In this document: positions 23,900 through 35,514 of the stretch, in pieces
How the letters are laid out: every line of letters begins with the position of its first letter
Numbering within the stretch: position 1 is the first letter of the stretch
Origin: Octopus sinensis
Lineage: Eukaryota
Length of the DNA stretch: 64,000 nt
Direction: 5' to 3'
Assembly (NCBI RefSeq): GCF_006345805.1
Contig: NC_043015.1
Location: 49,538,001 to 49,602,000, forward strand
Notes under the pieces: model-generated
What the model saw: the letters and a program-made list of their open reading frames with translations, nothing else
What the model was told of the DNA's origin: nothing
Database searches by the model: none
Translations under genes and position numbers: made by a program

Positions 23900-25020
23900 A
23901 GTGACAACTAGTCACTGATTTATAAATTAGAAAATTATCATTTTTAAATTTCACAACCTGAGATATTCAGCAACAGTACTTTGTATTAAAGATTGTTTGC
24001 CAACATAACATGGCAGTCCTGGTTTAGGACGAATGTTGCTGTAATTTAACCCCAGGAGACATCGTCTACAGCTGGCTATATGACACGATCTGTGTCCTTA
24101 TATTTTCGAACACAGATATTGTTTTGAGCTGGGTGAGAGTGCTAGATTCCCTTGTTCAAAAGAACTATAAGGACACAGATCGTGTTGTATAGCCAGCTGG
24201 AGGCGATGTCTCCTGGGGCTAAATTACAGCAACACTAGTCCTTATTTCTTTAATTAGACACAAGGCCTCAAAAGAGAAGGGACAACACAAAAACACGCAG
24301 AACAATGCATTGGGGTACATAGAAACACATACCGAATGAATTATGGATATAATGAAAATGAGAATGAAATGGCTTACCTACCCATAAGCAGGTAGTTCCA
24401 TTTTACTGTTTTTAAATTAACAGTTCATATCGGTCTTGTATCTGTTGGTTTATAACATATAATCTATTAACTCTTCGAAGGCCACCACCGGCGGCAATTG
24501 GTCGTAGCCATTGTGTATTCCTGTCATCTCTGTTCTTTCGCCAAACAACTCCTTCAGTTTCTCTCCTCTTTCTTTTTCCAACAAAAAAGCTTTACAATCT
24601 CCGTTACACTCTTTGGCCGCTAATTTCACTCCTATAACGTTCTTCGTCTTGGCAATTCTCTTCTCCATCTCTACATTTTTTCGGTATGGCACCATTCTTC
24701 TCAGGTTCCTCCCTTTTGGTGTCACTCTCCTTCTCTCCTCACCAATCCCCTCCTCTGCCGCTGGCATTTCTGTCTCTGTCTCTCATTCTGTGTTGCTATC
24801 ATCTCTATTTCATTCCCCTTTCTCTTCTCTATTCTTTCCTCCTTACTCGTTGATGGTCTCCGCGTTCGTTCCTCACTTTTGTTGTCTTTTCATTTTTTCT
24901 CTTCTCATTCAAACCAGGACTGCCATGTTATGTTGGCAAACAATCTTTACTACAAAGTACTGTTGCTGAATATCTCACGTTGTGAGATTTATAAAACAGT
25001 AATTTTCTAAGGATAAGAAC
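23900..25020. mobile_element. Palindromic MITE interrupted by a 668-bp insertion
   Basis: 24030-24240 is self-complementary; 24911-25010 is the reverse complement of about 23930-24025; partial extra copy at 23710-23795. Confidence 0.75.
24242..24910 (-). pseudogene. Non-LTR element remnant with ORF1/RRM-like coding segment
   Basis: ORF 24450-24767 aligns by eye with the 58054 ORF; ends gccttgtgtctaattaaagaaataa; ends defined by the host MITE. Confidence 0.6.
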
Positions 25021-25044
25021 CCTTCTCAAATCATATAAACCCAT

Positions 25045-25260
25045 AGGGCCGGTTTCCCGGCTTAATGGCGTATATATACTCCCCACCTGGACGGGACGCT
25101 GGTCTGTTGCAAGATTACTCATTTTTGCCTGCTGAGTGGCCTGGAACAGTGTGAAATGAAGTGTTTTGCTCAAGAATACATCGCATCACCTGGTTCAGGT
25201 ATCGAAACCACAATCTTAGGATCATGAATTTAAAATTCTAACCACAAAACCACACGCCTC
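25045..25260 (-). mobile_element. SINE head B + tail Y
   Basis: agggccggtttcccgg...accacaaaaccacacgcctc. Confidence 0.65.
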
Positions 25261-26284
25261 ATTCTAAAATCGAGAGTAACATGAGTAATGAGTCGAAGGT
25301 CTTCATGTCTTCTTCAATAGTAACAAAATCGAAGTGAATAATCGCAACAAAATCAGCAACCGAAGTTTCGTACTGCAGCGAGGACCTCGGGAGGAAAACC
25401 GGAAAAAATGAAGAGATAAACTCACGAAGAATATTTCGAAAAAAAAAAAAGAAAAGGAAAGAGGTAACGTTTAGGAAACAGAATATATGGTTAAAGATAG
25501 AGAAATGAGGGCTTTAAAGCAAGGCCGTCCTGAGATTTTTTGGGATTAGACGAACAATGATGAACAATGATGAACAATGAAGAACAATAACGAACAACGG
25601 TGAACAATAGATTACAATACTTACAAATGAATGAGAACATATATAAAGAATATTAGAGAAGTATTAAGAACAAAACTGTAGACATTAAAGCACAATGCAC
25701 TGCTGTCTTAATAGGAAGATAAGTGACTACATTGGACAGAAAGATAAAATTAATGGCGGTATTTAGAATACAGCTTCTAATAGTCGACTATAATTCGCAG
25801 CGGACAGAAAGTTGAAGAAGATTAAACATAATTAAAATATAGCTATACAATCACCTCTATATGCTTATAAAAAGGCATTGCAGAAAATAATAGCAGATTA
25901 ATGCAAATGTTTCCGAATCAGAATATTGTTTTCTTATTTTTCTGAGAAGCAACAATGGCGGGAGAGGGGGATACTGGATGGAATGTCGGAGAAGTCTGAG
26001 ATGGAAGAATTAGAATGAAGACAAAATATATTAGTGACCTAAATCACAAGACGTGATATAAAAAAATAAATATAAAGCAAAAAAAAAAAACCTCCACAGA
26101 AAACGGAACTGAGAAAATATTTTCATATTAGAGCAAGTTTATTGATTAGAAAGCAAAACGAAAACGCAAACCAAATCGGTTGCCAATACTGAATCAAAAA
26201 CCTCGGAATTAAAACTAGGGGTCAAGGGATGGATAATGAGGTCATAAGTTGATGAGGGATTATTTTAATAATTAATAATTAACA

Positions 26285-26710
26285 AATCGGCGAGCAGGCA
26301 GAATCGTTAGCACGCCGGGCATAAAACTTAGCGGCATGTCTTCTGTCTTTACGTTCTGAGTTAAAAAATCTAGTGCGGTCGATTTCACCTTTCATCCCGT
26401 GGGACTTGATAAATTAAGTACCAGTTGAGCACAGGGGTCGATCAACTTGACCTTCTCCGTGAAATTACTGGCCTTGTGCCTAAATTTGAAATCACTAATT
26501 AATAAGCTGGCAGAATCGTTGGCACGCTGGATAAAATGCTTAGCGGTATTTTGTCTGTCTTTACGTTCTGAGTTCAAATTCCGCCAAAGTCGACTTTACT
26601 CTTGATCCTTTCGGGGTCGGTAAAATAAGTACCCATTGAATACTGGGGTCGGTGTAATCTACTTAACCCCCTCCGAAATTGCTGGCTGCGTGTTAAAATT
26701 CGAAACCAAT
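26285..26710 (+). mobile_element. Two tandem decayed family E SINEs (tail B)
   Basis: Heads at about 26285 and 26503. Confidence 0.7.
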
Positions 26711-26944
26711 GATAAATAATTAACAGTAATTAAAATATTGGTGACAAGGTCGAGGCTACATTATCAGAGGTTACACAATCGTAGCAAGAAAAGAAATAAA
26801 TTGTATTTGTTAATGAGCACAAACTGAGTTACAATAGCATAGCAGCCTCTGTGTGTGTGTGTGTGTTGTAAAGAGTAAAAATATACCACATATAAATATC
26901 GTTGTTTAGAACAGCATAACAAAGAATATTTGCTTAAAAATATT

Positions 26945-27972
26945 CTTTTCTACTCTAGGCACAAAGCCAGAAATGTCTGGGAGGGGATTAAGTCGATTAG
27001 ATCGACTCCAGTACGTAACTTGTCCTTTAATTTATCGACTACGTAAGGATGAAAGGCATAGTTGACCTCGACGGAAATTGAACTCAGAACGTAAAGATAG
27101 ACGAAATACCTATTTCTTTACTACCCACAAGAGAGGACAAACAAGGACTAATCATTGCGAAGACGTAGGTGTTGCCTTGGCGGAGGTTTGCGCTCTCTGA
27201 GTGTTCTTGTCAGTATTGACTTCAAATTTTGGCACAAGGCTAATAAGCTCGCGGAAGGGTACTAGCCGATTACATCGGACCCATTGCTCCACTAGCATTT
27301 ATTTTATCGACCCCGAAAGGATTTATAAGCAAATATCAACCTCGGCAGAATTTGAACACAGAACATAAAGACGAACGAAATACCCATTTCTTTACTACCC
27401 ACAAGGGATTAACATAGAGAGGACAAACAAAGACAGACAAACGGATTAAGTCGATTATATCGACCCCAGTGCGTAACTGGTACTTATTTAATCGATCCCG
27501 AAAGGATGAAAAGCAAAGTCGACCTCGGCGGAATTTGAACTCAGAACGAAGCCGCAGACGAAATACCGTTTCTTTACTACCCACAAGGGCCTAAACACAG
27601 GGAGGACAAACAAGGACAGACAAACGGATTAAGTCGATTACATCGACCCCAGTGCGTAACTGGTGCTTAATTTATCGACCCCGAAAGGATGAAAGGCAAA
27701 GTCGACCTCGACGGAATTTGAACTCAGAACGTAACGACAGACGCAATACCTATTTCTTTACTACCCACAAGGGGCTAAACACTGAGAGGACGAACAAGGA
27801 CAGACAAACGGATTAAGTCGATTACATCGACCCCAGTGCGTAACTGGTACTTAATTTATCGACCCCGAAAGGATGAAAGGCAAAGTCGACCTCGGCGGAA
27901 TTTGAACTCAGAACGCAACGACAGACGCAATACCGCTAAGCATTTCGCCCGGTGTGCTAACGTTTCTGCCAG
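26945..27972 (-). mobile_element. Family E SINE multimer region, with a Helentron-like fragment at 27160-27212
   Basis: Tail A junctions at about 27387, 27569 and 27753 (182-184-bp spacing); tail B at 26945. Confidence 0.85.
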
Positions 27973-28134
27973 CTCGCCGCCATTTTACAGCTTTATATAT
28001 ATAGATTTACAGCTCACTGTGTTATTCATGGAAAACTTTTGGCTACAAGGTATCTTAGCGGTAGGATGCATTCATTTCACGTTGAATAACGTAATTAAAA
28101 CAGTTAATAAAACGTAGACCTATTCACTGAATGA

Positions 28135-28725
28135 TCGTCTGTTTCGGAAGATTTGCCACGATAAAGAAGAACCATTTTAGGCGTCTGTTGCTTCATACTG
28201 GTGGATGATGGCTTTCGAATGAAATTTGATTGAAGCATTTTTATGATTTCTTTGATACTGTTTCTGAATTTCTTAATTCATACGATGAAGACATGTATAA
28301 TAACTAAGCAACAAAAGAGTTGACGTTGTATACCTTTCCGATATTTTCGCTAAATTAAATTAGGTTAACATTAAGTTGCAAGGAAATAATATGAACTTAA
28401 TTAACGCTAAGAGAATTATGAATGCATTTATCAGCAAATTATCCTTCAACAAAGAGAGATTATCGAAGAGAGATTTTTTTTTTTTTACTGTTTCCGAGCC
28501 TGCGCATAATAGAAAACAATGATAGCAATTTTATATTAGATACGGATATACGTTGCTATTCTTCTTACCTGCAGACTCTGAAAGAAGAATTAATGATAAG
28601 ATTTCACTGATCTTAAAGTACCTGATTGGGTAATAAATCCATTTCTTTCTGATGTCTCTTCTGCTCAACCAAATTCACATGAAATTATTGACTTCAAAAA
28701 ATGATTTCGAAGTTCAAGTGTGTTT
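28135..28725 (+). pseudogene. Decayed hAT (Charlie/Buster-type) transposase fragment
   Basis: Frameshifted RRLLLHT / VYLSDIFAKLN*VNIKLQG / FPSL / LQTLKEELMIRFTDL / PDWVINPF. Confidence 0.75.
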
Positions 28726-28981
28726 TCTGGCCCAAAATGCAAAGCAAATATTCTTGAATTTGGAAAGAAATATATATATATGTATGCATACACGCGTGCG
28801 ACGAACGACGAGCTTCTTTCAGTTTCTGCCTACGAAATCCACTCACAAGACTTGGGTCAGCCCGGGACTATGGCAGAAGACACTGGCCCAAGGCTCTACG
28901 AATTGAGACTGAACCCAGAACCATATGGTTTGAAAGCAAACTTCTTAACACATAGCCACGACTGCGCTAAATATATATATA

Positions 28982-29279
28982 GAGTAATCCCTCGATTATC
29001 GCGGGTGTTACGTTCGAACTCACCCGCCTCACACGATAGGTAAAAATATACAATACTGTATATCTTTTAAAATTATTTTTTTAATTTGTATATATTTAGT
29101 TTATTATAAATTGCAAAACAACACCACGGAAGAATCGACGTCGGCTTAAATAATAAACCGCGATAGGTGAACCGCGAAAGGTGAACCGCAAAAGGTGAAC
29201 CGCGAAAGGTGAACCGCGAAAGGTGAATCGCGATAGGTGAACCGCGATAGGTGAACTGCAATATGGTAAGGGATTACTG
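28982..29279. mobile_element. pogo/Tigger-type MITE with 7 x 14-bp subterminal repeats
   Basis: TIR (c)agtaatccct / agggattactg after a TA run; unit aaccgcga(t/a)aggtg at 29156-29253. Confidence 0.75.
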
Positions 29280-29826
29280 AAAATACTATTGAGCATGAAA
29301 AACAAGCAATTTCAGTCAGAGAAGGTTTTATCGACAACATTATATCACGGCTGTCATTTCTTCTCATCAATTGTGACAGAAGCTAGTTATTTCTATTTAA
29401 TCCCCTGAATGTAACACAAATTCAATTACAAAATCTAAATTGAGAAGAGCGAAATAGCAGCCTTCTGTAATTCAATCGGGAATGTGGTCGCCCGGCAGGT
29501 GATTGATCTGTGGTTCAAATCCCGCTGGTGCATTTGTCTCATGTTTCTATTTCTCAGAATAGGTTTAATAACGAAAAAAAAAAAAGAAAACAGTCGGCAG
29601 CGAATTACTAATGACCTGGTTTTCCCCCCCACTCAATGTCTGACGATAAATGCTACGTATATCAACAAAGAACGTGAGAAGAGGAAATATTATACACCAA
29701 CAAAGATAATAGGACAATCGGAGTTCTCAGTTTACAACGAAGTGATAACACGAAATATAATTCCTGTATTGGTACTAAAACCAATCTTGACTGGGGGCAA
29801 GATGAGACTTCAGCCACATATATATA

Positions 29827-29862
<36 letters not shown>

Positions 29863-30218
29863 TATATTATATATATAGATATATATATATATATATATAT
29901 ATGCATCATCAGCGTCATCTTCTTCATGTGGATTGCCATTGACATCAATACTATTCATTCTATGGTGGGCAGCTTATGTTATAAAACTTTACAGCCAGAA
30001 TTTGGCCGTTGAAGTTTATATTTTGGCCGTTATTACTCATGTGTCTGAAGGGGAGTTCTTCTCTATGTATACAGTTATATATATATTATATATATATATA
30101 TTATATTGGTGTGTGTGTGTGTGTGTTGTGTGTGTGTGTATGTGTGTGCATATAAATATATGTATATATGTATATGTATGTATATATATGTGTTGTGTGC
30201 ATATAAATATTGTATATA

Positions 30219-30281
<63 letters not shown>

Positions 30282-30286
30282 CACAT

Positions 30287-30500
30287 AAGGTGCGGGGAAT
30301 AAACTGTCGTCTAAATTGCGCAAAAATGAAAATAACACTGACATCCCATTTTAACCGATATGCTTACGAAAATTGCATAAATATATCTTGTAATACTAAA
30401 GAGTAAATTTATTCAATAAAATCGCCATTGGCTTCAATCACGACCTCCAGAAGACTTCAGAATCCCCTGCAACTCTTCTGGACGGTCTCCTTGACCATGA
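30287..30500 (-). pseudogene. 3' end of a Tc1/mariner (DD37D-like) transposase
   Basis: Minus strand reads ETVQKSCR...LEVVIEANGDFIE*, a typical C-terminus. Confidence 0.55.
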
Positions 30501-30501
30501 A

Positions 30502-31567
30502 CACTGCTGTACGCGCGCACTAAGTTTTAACGGTCTAGATCACTTTCGCTGTTTACAGCAGTGATGGGAAGGAAGGTGTGTAGCGTGTGATCGTCGCATT
30601 GACAATGACAAAGAAAGTTGAGCAGATAATTTGCATTAAATTTGGCCAAAAGCTTGGCGATACCTGCTCAGAGGCCTACGCAAACTTTCCAGAAAGTTTT
30701 CATCGTTCTCGACACAATAAAGGAGATCCTGAGCAACTGAAACGCGAATGTCTTTTTGGTTAGCTGAAACTTGGTAGACACAAACTTGGTAGACACAAAC
30801 TTTGTAGACAAAAACTTGGTAGACACAAACTTGGTAGACACAAACTTGGTAGACACAAACTTGGTAGACAGAAACTTGGTAAACACAAACTTGGTAGACA
30901 CAAACTTGGCAGACACAAACTTGGTAGACACAAACTTGGTAGACACAAACTTGGTAGACACAAACATGGTAGACACAAACTTGGTAGACACAAACATGGT
31001 AGACACAAACTTGGTAGACACAAACTTGGTTGACACAAACTTGGTAGAAACAAACTTGGTAGACACAAACTTGGTAGACACAAACTTGGTAGACACAAAC
31101 TTGGTAGACACAAACTTGGTAGACACAAACATGGTAGACACAAACTTGGTAGACACAAACTTTGTAGACACGCATCTCATACCCAAATCTTCAATGATAC
31201 TTGACTGAAATGAACCGTAACTTATCTGCACATCCTCTGATAACTCCTGGATGGTGGTTCGGTGATTTCCCCTCAGAGCTGCACGCACATCTGCGATGTA
31301 TTCCTCAGTTCTGCTGGTTGCGTGAATCCCAAAACGTTCTTCAATATCGACATTTTTTCGGTCATTTTGGAATCGTCTGAACCACTCCTCTCCATACTCT
31401 TTCTGCAACTTTGCATAGGCCTCTGTGCAGGTATCTGTATGACAACTTTCTCTATCATGCGCAATGCGACAATCACACGCTACACAGGTTCCTTCCAAAC
31501 ACTGCTGTAAACAGCGGAACGTTAAACCTTTAAACGTTAAAACTTAATGCGCATGCACAGCGGAGTT
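30502..31567 (-). mobile_element. Foldback mariner derivative (HTH half plus inverted N-terminus)
   Basis: Minus frame WFRRFQNDRKNV...ISYGSFQSSIIEDLGMRCVSTKFV...QKDIRVSVAQDLL; plus arm MTKKVEQIICIKFGQKLG; inverted ends. Confidence 0.85.
30771..31170. repeat. 15-bp minisatellite (ttggtagacacaaac) x about 27
   Basis: Direct; encodes STKFV repeats in frame with the transposase. Confidence 0.95.
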
Positions 31568-31655
31568 AAAGATCAATCTTTTCCCAACGACTTTACTCTG
31601 CGTGCTTTAGCCTCGTTACTAAGGCAAATAGTCCGGATACTTATTGAACTACTAG

Positions 31656-31708
31656 TTAGTCGTCTTCGAAACTGACGAAGGCTCCATCATCTTCCAACTG
31701 CTGAGCAG
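31656..31708 (+). CDS. Candidate host exon resembling the C-terminus of an IRS/DOK-type PTB domain
   Basis: ctag|TTA GTC GTC...CTG AGC AG|gtaaga gives [17 protein letters not shown]; strong donor, weak acceptor. Confidence 0.3.
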
Positions 31709-31729
31709 GTAAGAAAGGAAAGTCATTAC

Positions 31730-31810
31730 CTTGAAGATAAAGTATTGAACTAATTGGAAAAGTGAAATTGTTTTTGAGGTCTACAATGGCGAGGTCGACA
31801 TCACTTGTCA
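31730..31810 (-). CDS. Candidate 81-nt phase-1/1 exon, product unknown
   Basis: ttttcaag|TG ACA AGT...CTT CAA G|gtaatg gives (V)[26 protein letters not shown](G). Confidence 0.3.
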
Positions 31811-31864
31811 CTTGAAAACTTAATAAATATGATGGTGCGTATATGAATATGTATGGATATGCGG

Positions 31865-31939
<75 letters not shown>

Positions 31940-32711
31940 TACACATATATATGCATGTATATTTATAAATCCATATGTAAGATGTATTTCTGTGTATATG
32001 TATGTGTGTGAATATGTTTGTGTATGTGTATATATATATATATATATGTATTGAGTACCTTATTTACTGTGGTTAACCCCGAATCAACCCGGGACCTACA
32101 TATATATATATATATATATATGTATATAAATGTGAGCATGTATATATGCATGTATATATGTATGTATGCATATATATATATGTATATAGGTATATATATG
32201 TATATATATATATGTATATATGTTTTATATACATATGTATATATATATATATATATATAGGTATGTATATATTAATGTATGCATCGCAACAAATGTGATA
32301 ATATATATATATTTATAATATATATACATATATACATATATATATGTATAATATAATATTATATGTATAATATAATATATATATGTATATATATATATGC
32401 ACATATATCCATATATATATATATACACACACATATGTGATATACTCACACTACATGTACATCGTTAGAGCGAAATACGCGTGTCCCATCGCCACAAACG
32501 GAAACAAGCTTTCATACAAACGAATGCATCTTTAATTTAGCCATGATATTCAATTTTCAGTGCATTTCTTTTCAAGTGTTAAGAAGGGAAACTGAAGAGC
32601 TTATAAAGGTTTCTGGTGAATGAATTCGCCAGAAGGGAAATTTGCCTTAAAATATTTGAAGCAATTGACCGTTAGAGGGCAGCTTGAACGGATTCTAAAA
32701 CCTTTAATAAG

Positions 32712-32930
32712 TATTTGTACTCTAGGCGCAAGGCCTTGGAAATTTATTGGGGAAATGGGCTAGTCGATTATATCGAGCCCAGTGCATAACTGGTACTTGT
32801 TTCATCGACCTCGAAAGAATGAAAGGGAAGGTCGACCTCGGGGGAATTTGAATTCAGAACATAGCGGCAGGCGAAATACCGCTAAGCATTTCGGCCTGGC
32901 TGCTAACGATTGTGCCAGCTCGTCGCCTTT
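32712..32930 (-). mobile_element. Family E SINE, tail B
   Basis: Nin-like body and head ...gccagctcgtcgcc. Confidence 0.75.
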
Positions 32931-33139
32931 CTTAATAATTTTTCAACCTTTCTTAATAATCTTTTCTACTAAAGGCATAAGACCTGAAATGTTTTTTTGG
33001 GTGGGGAGGGGACTAGTTGATCACACCGACCCCAGTTTTTCACTGGTACTTAATTTATCAATTTAACGATTCAGCCAGCTCGTCGCCTTTCTTAATAATT
33101 TTCCAACCTTCCTTAATAATTTTGGAAAGCTGATGAACA

Positions 33140-33216
<77 letters not shown>

Positions 33217-33299
33217 CACACACACACATACACACACGTCTTGTTTTAGTTATGAGGCACCAGCTTGAAAAATATTTAGTCCAATGTATCTACCACAGT

Positions 33300-33718
33300 A
33301 CTTTATTAAAACCTCATACTATTTCTGTAGACCTTTATTGTCGAACTGCTAAGTTACTGGGACATAAACACACCAACACAGTTTGTCAAGTGGTGGTGGG
33401 GTGAGACAGACAGACAGATAGACACACATATGTACATACATATACACATAGAAAGAGAGAGGGAGTGAGATTGATAGATTGATTGATAGATAGATACACA
33501 CATACACATATATGCATATACAAACACACATACATGCACACACAAACACATATATATATGACGAGCTTCTTTTCAGTTTCCGTCTACCAAATCCACTCAC
33601 AAGGCTTTGATCGGCCCGAGGCTATAGTAGAAGACACTTGCCCAAGGTGTCACGCAGTGGGACTGAACCCGGAACCATGTGGTTGGTAAGCAGGCTACTT
33701 ACCACACAGCCACTCCTG
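33300..33718 (-). mobile_element. SINE family C
   Basis: Head ...accacacagccactcct; internal microsatellite. Confidence 0.8.
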
Positions 33719-34052
33719 AGAAAAAAAATTAAAGCAAAACAAACAAAATACATTTTCACGATTTCTATTCATTAGCAAAAAGCTTAAATTACATTTCACA
33801 ACGATCGCCAAATTTTACAAGTCACATGATACTGCCTCAATGGTTTATTTTAGAATAATCACTACAACCAGCGCCAGCCACATCGATGTAAACAAACAGA
33901 GGAAGAAAGTCCCTCGTGTATACTTTAATGTTACCGGATTGGAGCGTGGCTGCTTATGTTTCCCTCATTTCTAATAATTACAACTGTATCACTATGAGGT
34001 TGCGCATGGAGCTGTGTGCGCGTGTGTATGTATGTGTGTTTGTATATATATA

Positions 34053-34284
34053 TATTTCTTTACTACCCACAAGGGGCTAAACATAGAGGGGACAAACAAG
34101 GACAGACAAACGGATTAAGTCGATTCCATCGACCGCAGTGCGAAACTGGTACTTAATTTATCGACCCTGAAAGGATGAAAGGCAAAGTCGACCTCGGCGG
34201 AATTTGAACTCAGAACGTAACGGCAGACGAAATACGGCTACGCATTTCGCCCGGCGTGCTACCGTTTCTGCCAGCTCGCCGCCT
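34053..34284 (-). mobile_element. Full-length family E SINE monomer (tail A)
   Basis: Flanked by tttgtatatatatat on both sides. Confidence 0.85.
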
Positions 34285-34454
34285 TCTTTGTATATATATA
34301 TATGTCTATGTGTGTATCTATCTATCAATCAATCTATCAGTCTCACTCCCTCTCACTTTCTATGTGTAAATGTATGCATGTGTGTGTGTAAATATATATA
34401 TGTTTATAAATATGTATGTATCTCTATATATACACATATATACATACATACATA

Positions 34455-34784
34455 GGCGTAGCAGTGGCTGTGTGGTAAGTAGCTTGCTTACCAACCACAT
34501 GGTTCCGAGTTCAGTTCCACTGCGTGCCACCTTGGGCAAGTGTCTTCGACTATAGCCTCGGGCCGACTAAAGCCTTGTGAGTGAACCTGGTAGACGGAAA
34601 CTGAAAGAAGCCCTTCATATATATCTATATGTATATATATGTGTGTGTGTGTTTGTGTCTGTGTTTGTCGCTCCCCCCCTACCAACATCGCTTGACAACC
34701 AATGCTGGTGAGTTTACGTCCCCGTAACTTAGTGGTTCGGCAAAAGAGACCGACAGAATAAGTACTAGGCTTACAAAGAATGAG

Positions 34785-34785
<1 letters not shown>
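34455..34785 (+). mobile_element. SINE family C, 3'-truncated
   Basis: ggcgtagcagtggctgtgtggtaagt head. Confidence 0.8.
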
Positions 34786-34842
<57 letters not shown>

Positions 34843-35214
34843 TACATGCATATATATGAATATATGTATATATATGTATGTTATACAATATATATGTATT
34901 ATTGTATATACATGTATGTATATATACAAATATATTGTATATATGTATATATATATATTATATATACTATATATATATACAACATACCACACACACACAT
35001 ATATATAATATATATATATAGATAGATATAGATATGTCTGTCTGTATATCTCTCTGTACACAGATACACAAACACACACACACGCGCACACACATACACA
35101 CACACACACATATGTATGTAAAGACATTATTGATAAAAAAATAATAACATAAACGCTAGCAAGCATAAAGGTAAAATTATTAATTTGCAATCAGTGTACA
35201 AGATTGCTAGAAAT

Positions 35215-35449
35215 GAGAGTCAAAACTGCGCAGAACTATGGTTATCAGTCATACACACACTGGTGAATTCGAGGACACGAGTAAATATAAAAGCCAACTT
35301 ACCATCACGTGAATTTGAACCCTGTGATAAACACTTAGTTCTCATCAACGAGTATAACAACTGGCGGTTAAATATACTCTTGTCACTATGTGTATATTGA
35401 TCACCAGTGAGTAATAGTAATAACTGTGGTTTTGGGCAGTTTTGACTCT
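35215..35449. mobile_element. MITE with ~45-bp imperfect TIRs
   Basis: gagagtcaaaactgc...cactggtga / tcaccagtg...gcagttttgactct. Confidence 0.65.
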
Positions 35450-35476
35450 TATTTCTCTCCTTGTTTTTTCTGTGTC

Positions 35477-35514
35477 CCTTTCTGTAGAAGAGCGTAGGCC
35501 CGAAACGTAAAAGA
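35477..35514 (+). ncRNA. Hammerhead-like motif (CUGUAGA core variant) in a repeat spanning 35450-35605
   Basis: ccttt CTGTAGA a gagc-gtag-gccc GAAA cgta aaaga; homologous to 47372-47409. Confidence 0.45.

Noticed and set aside
29990-30050. WPLKFI resembling the PTB W-x-RRYG strand
   Set aside because: RRYG is absent; produced by a short tttggccgtt duplication
32915-33125. ~45-bp direct repeat at 32915 and 33075
   Set aside because: Explained as a small local duplication of a SINE head and flank
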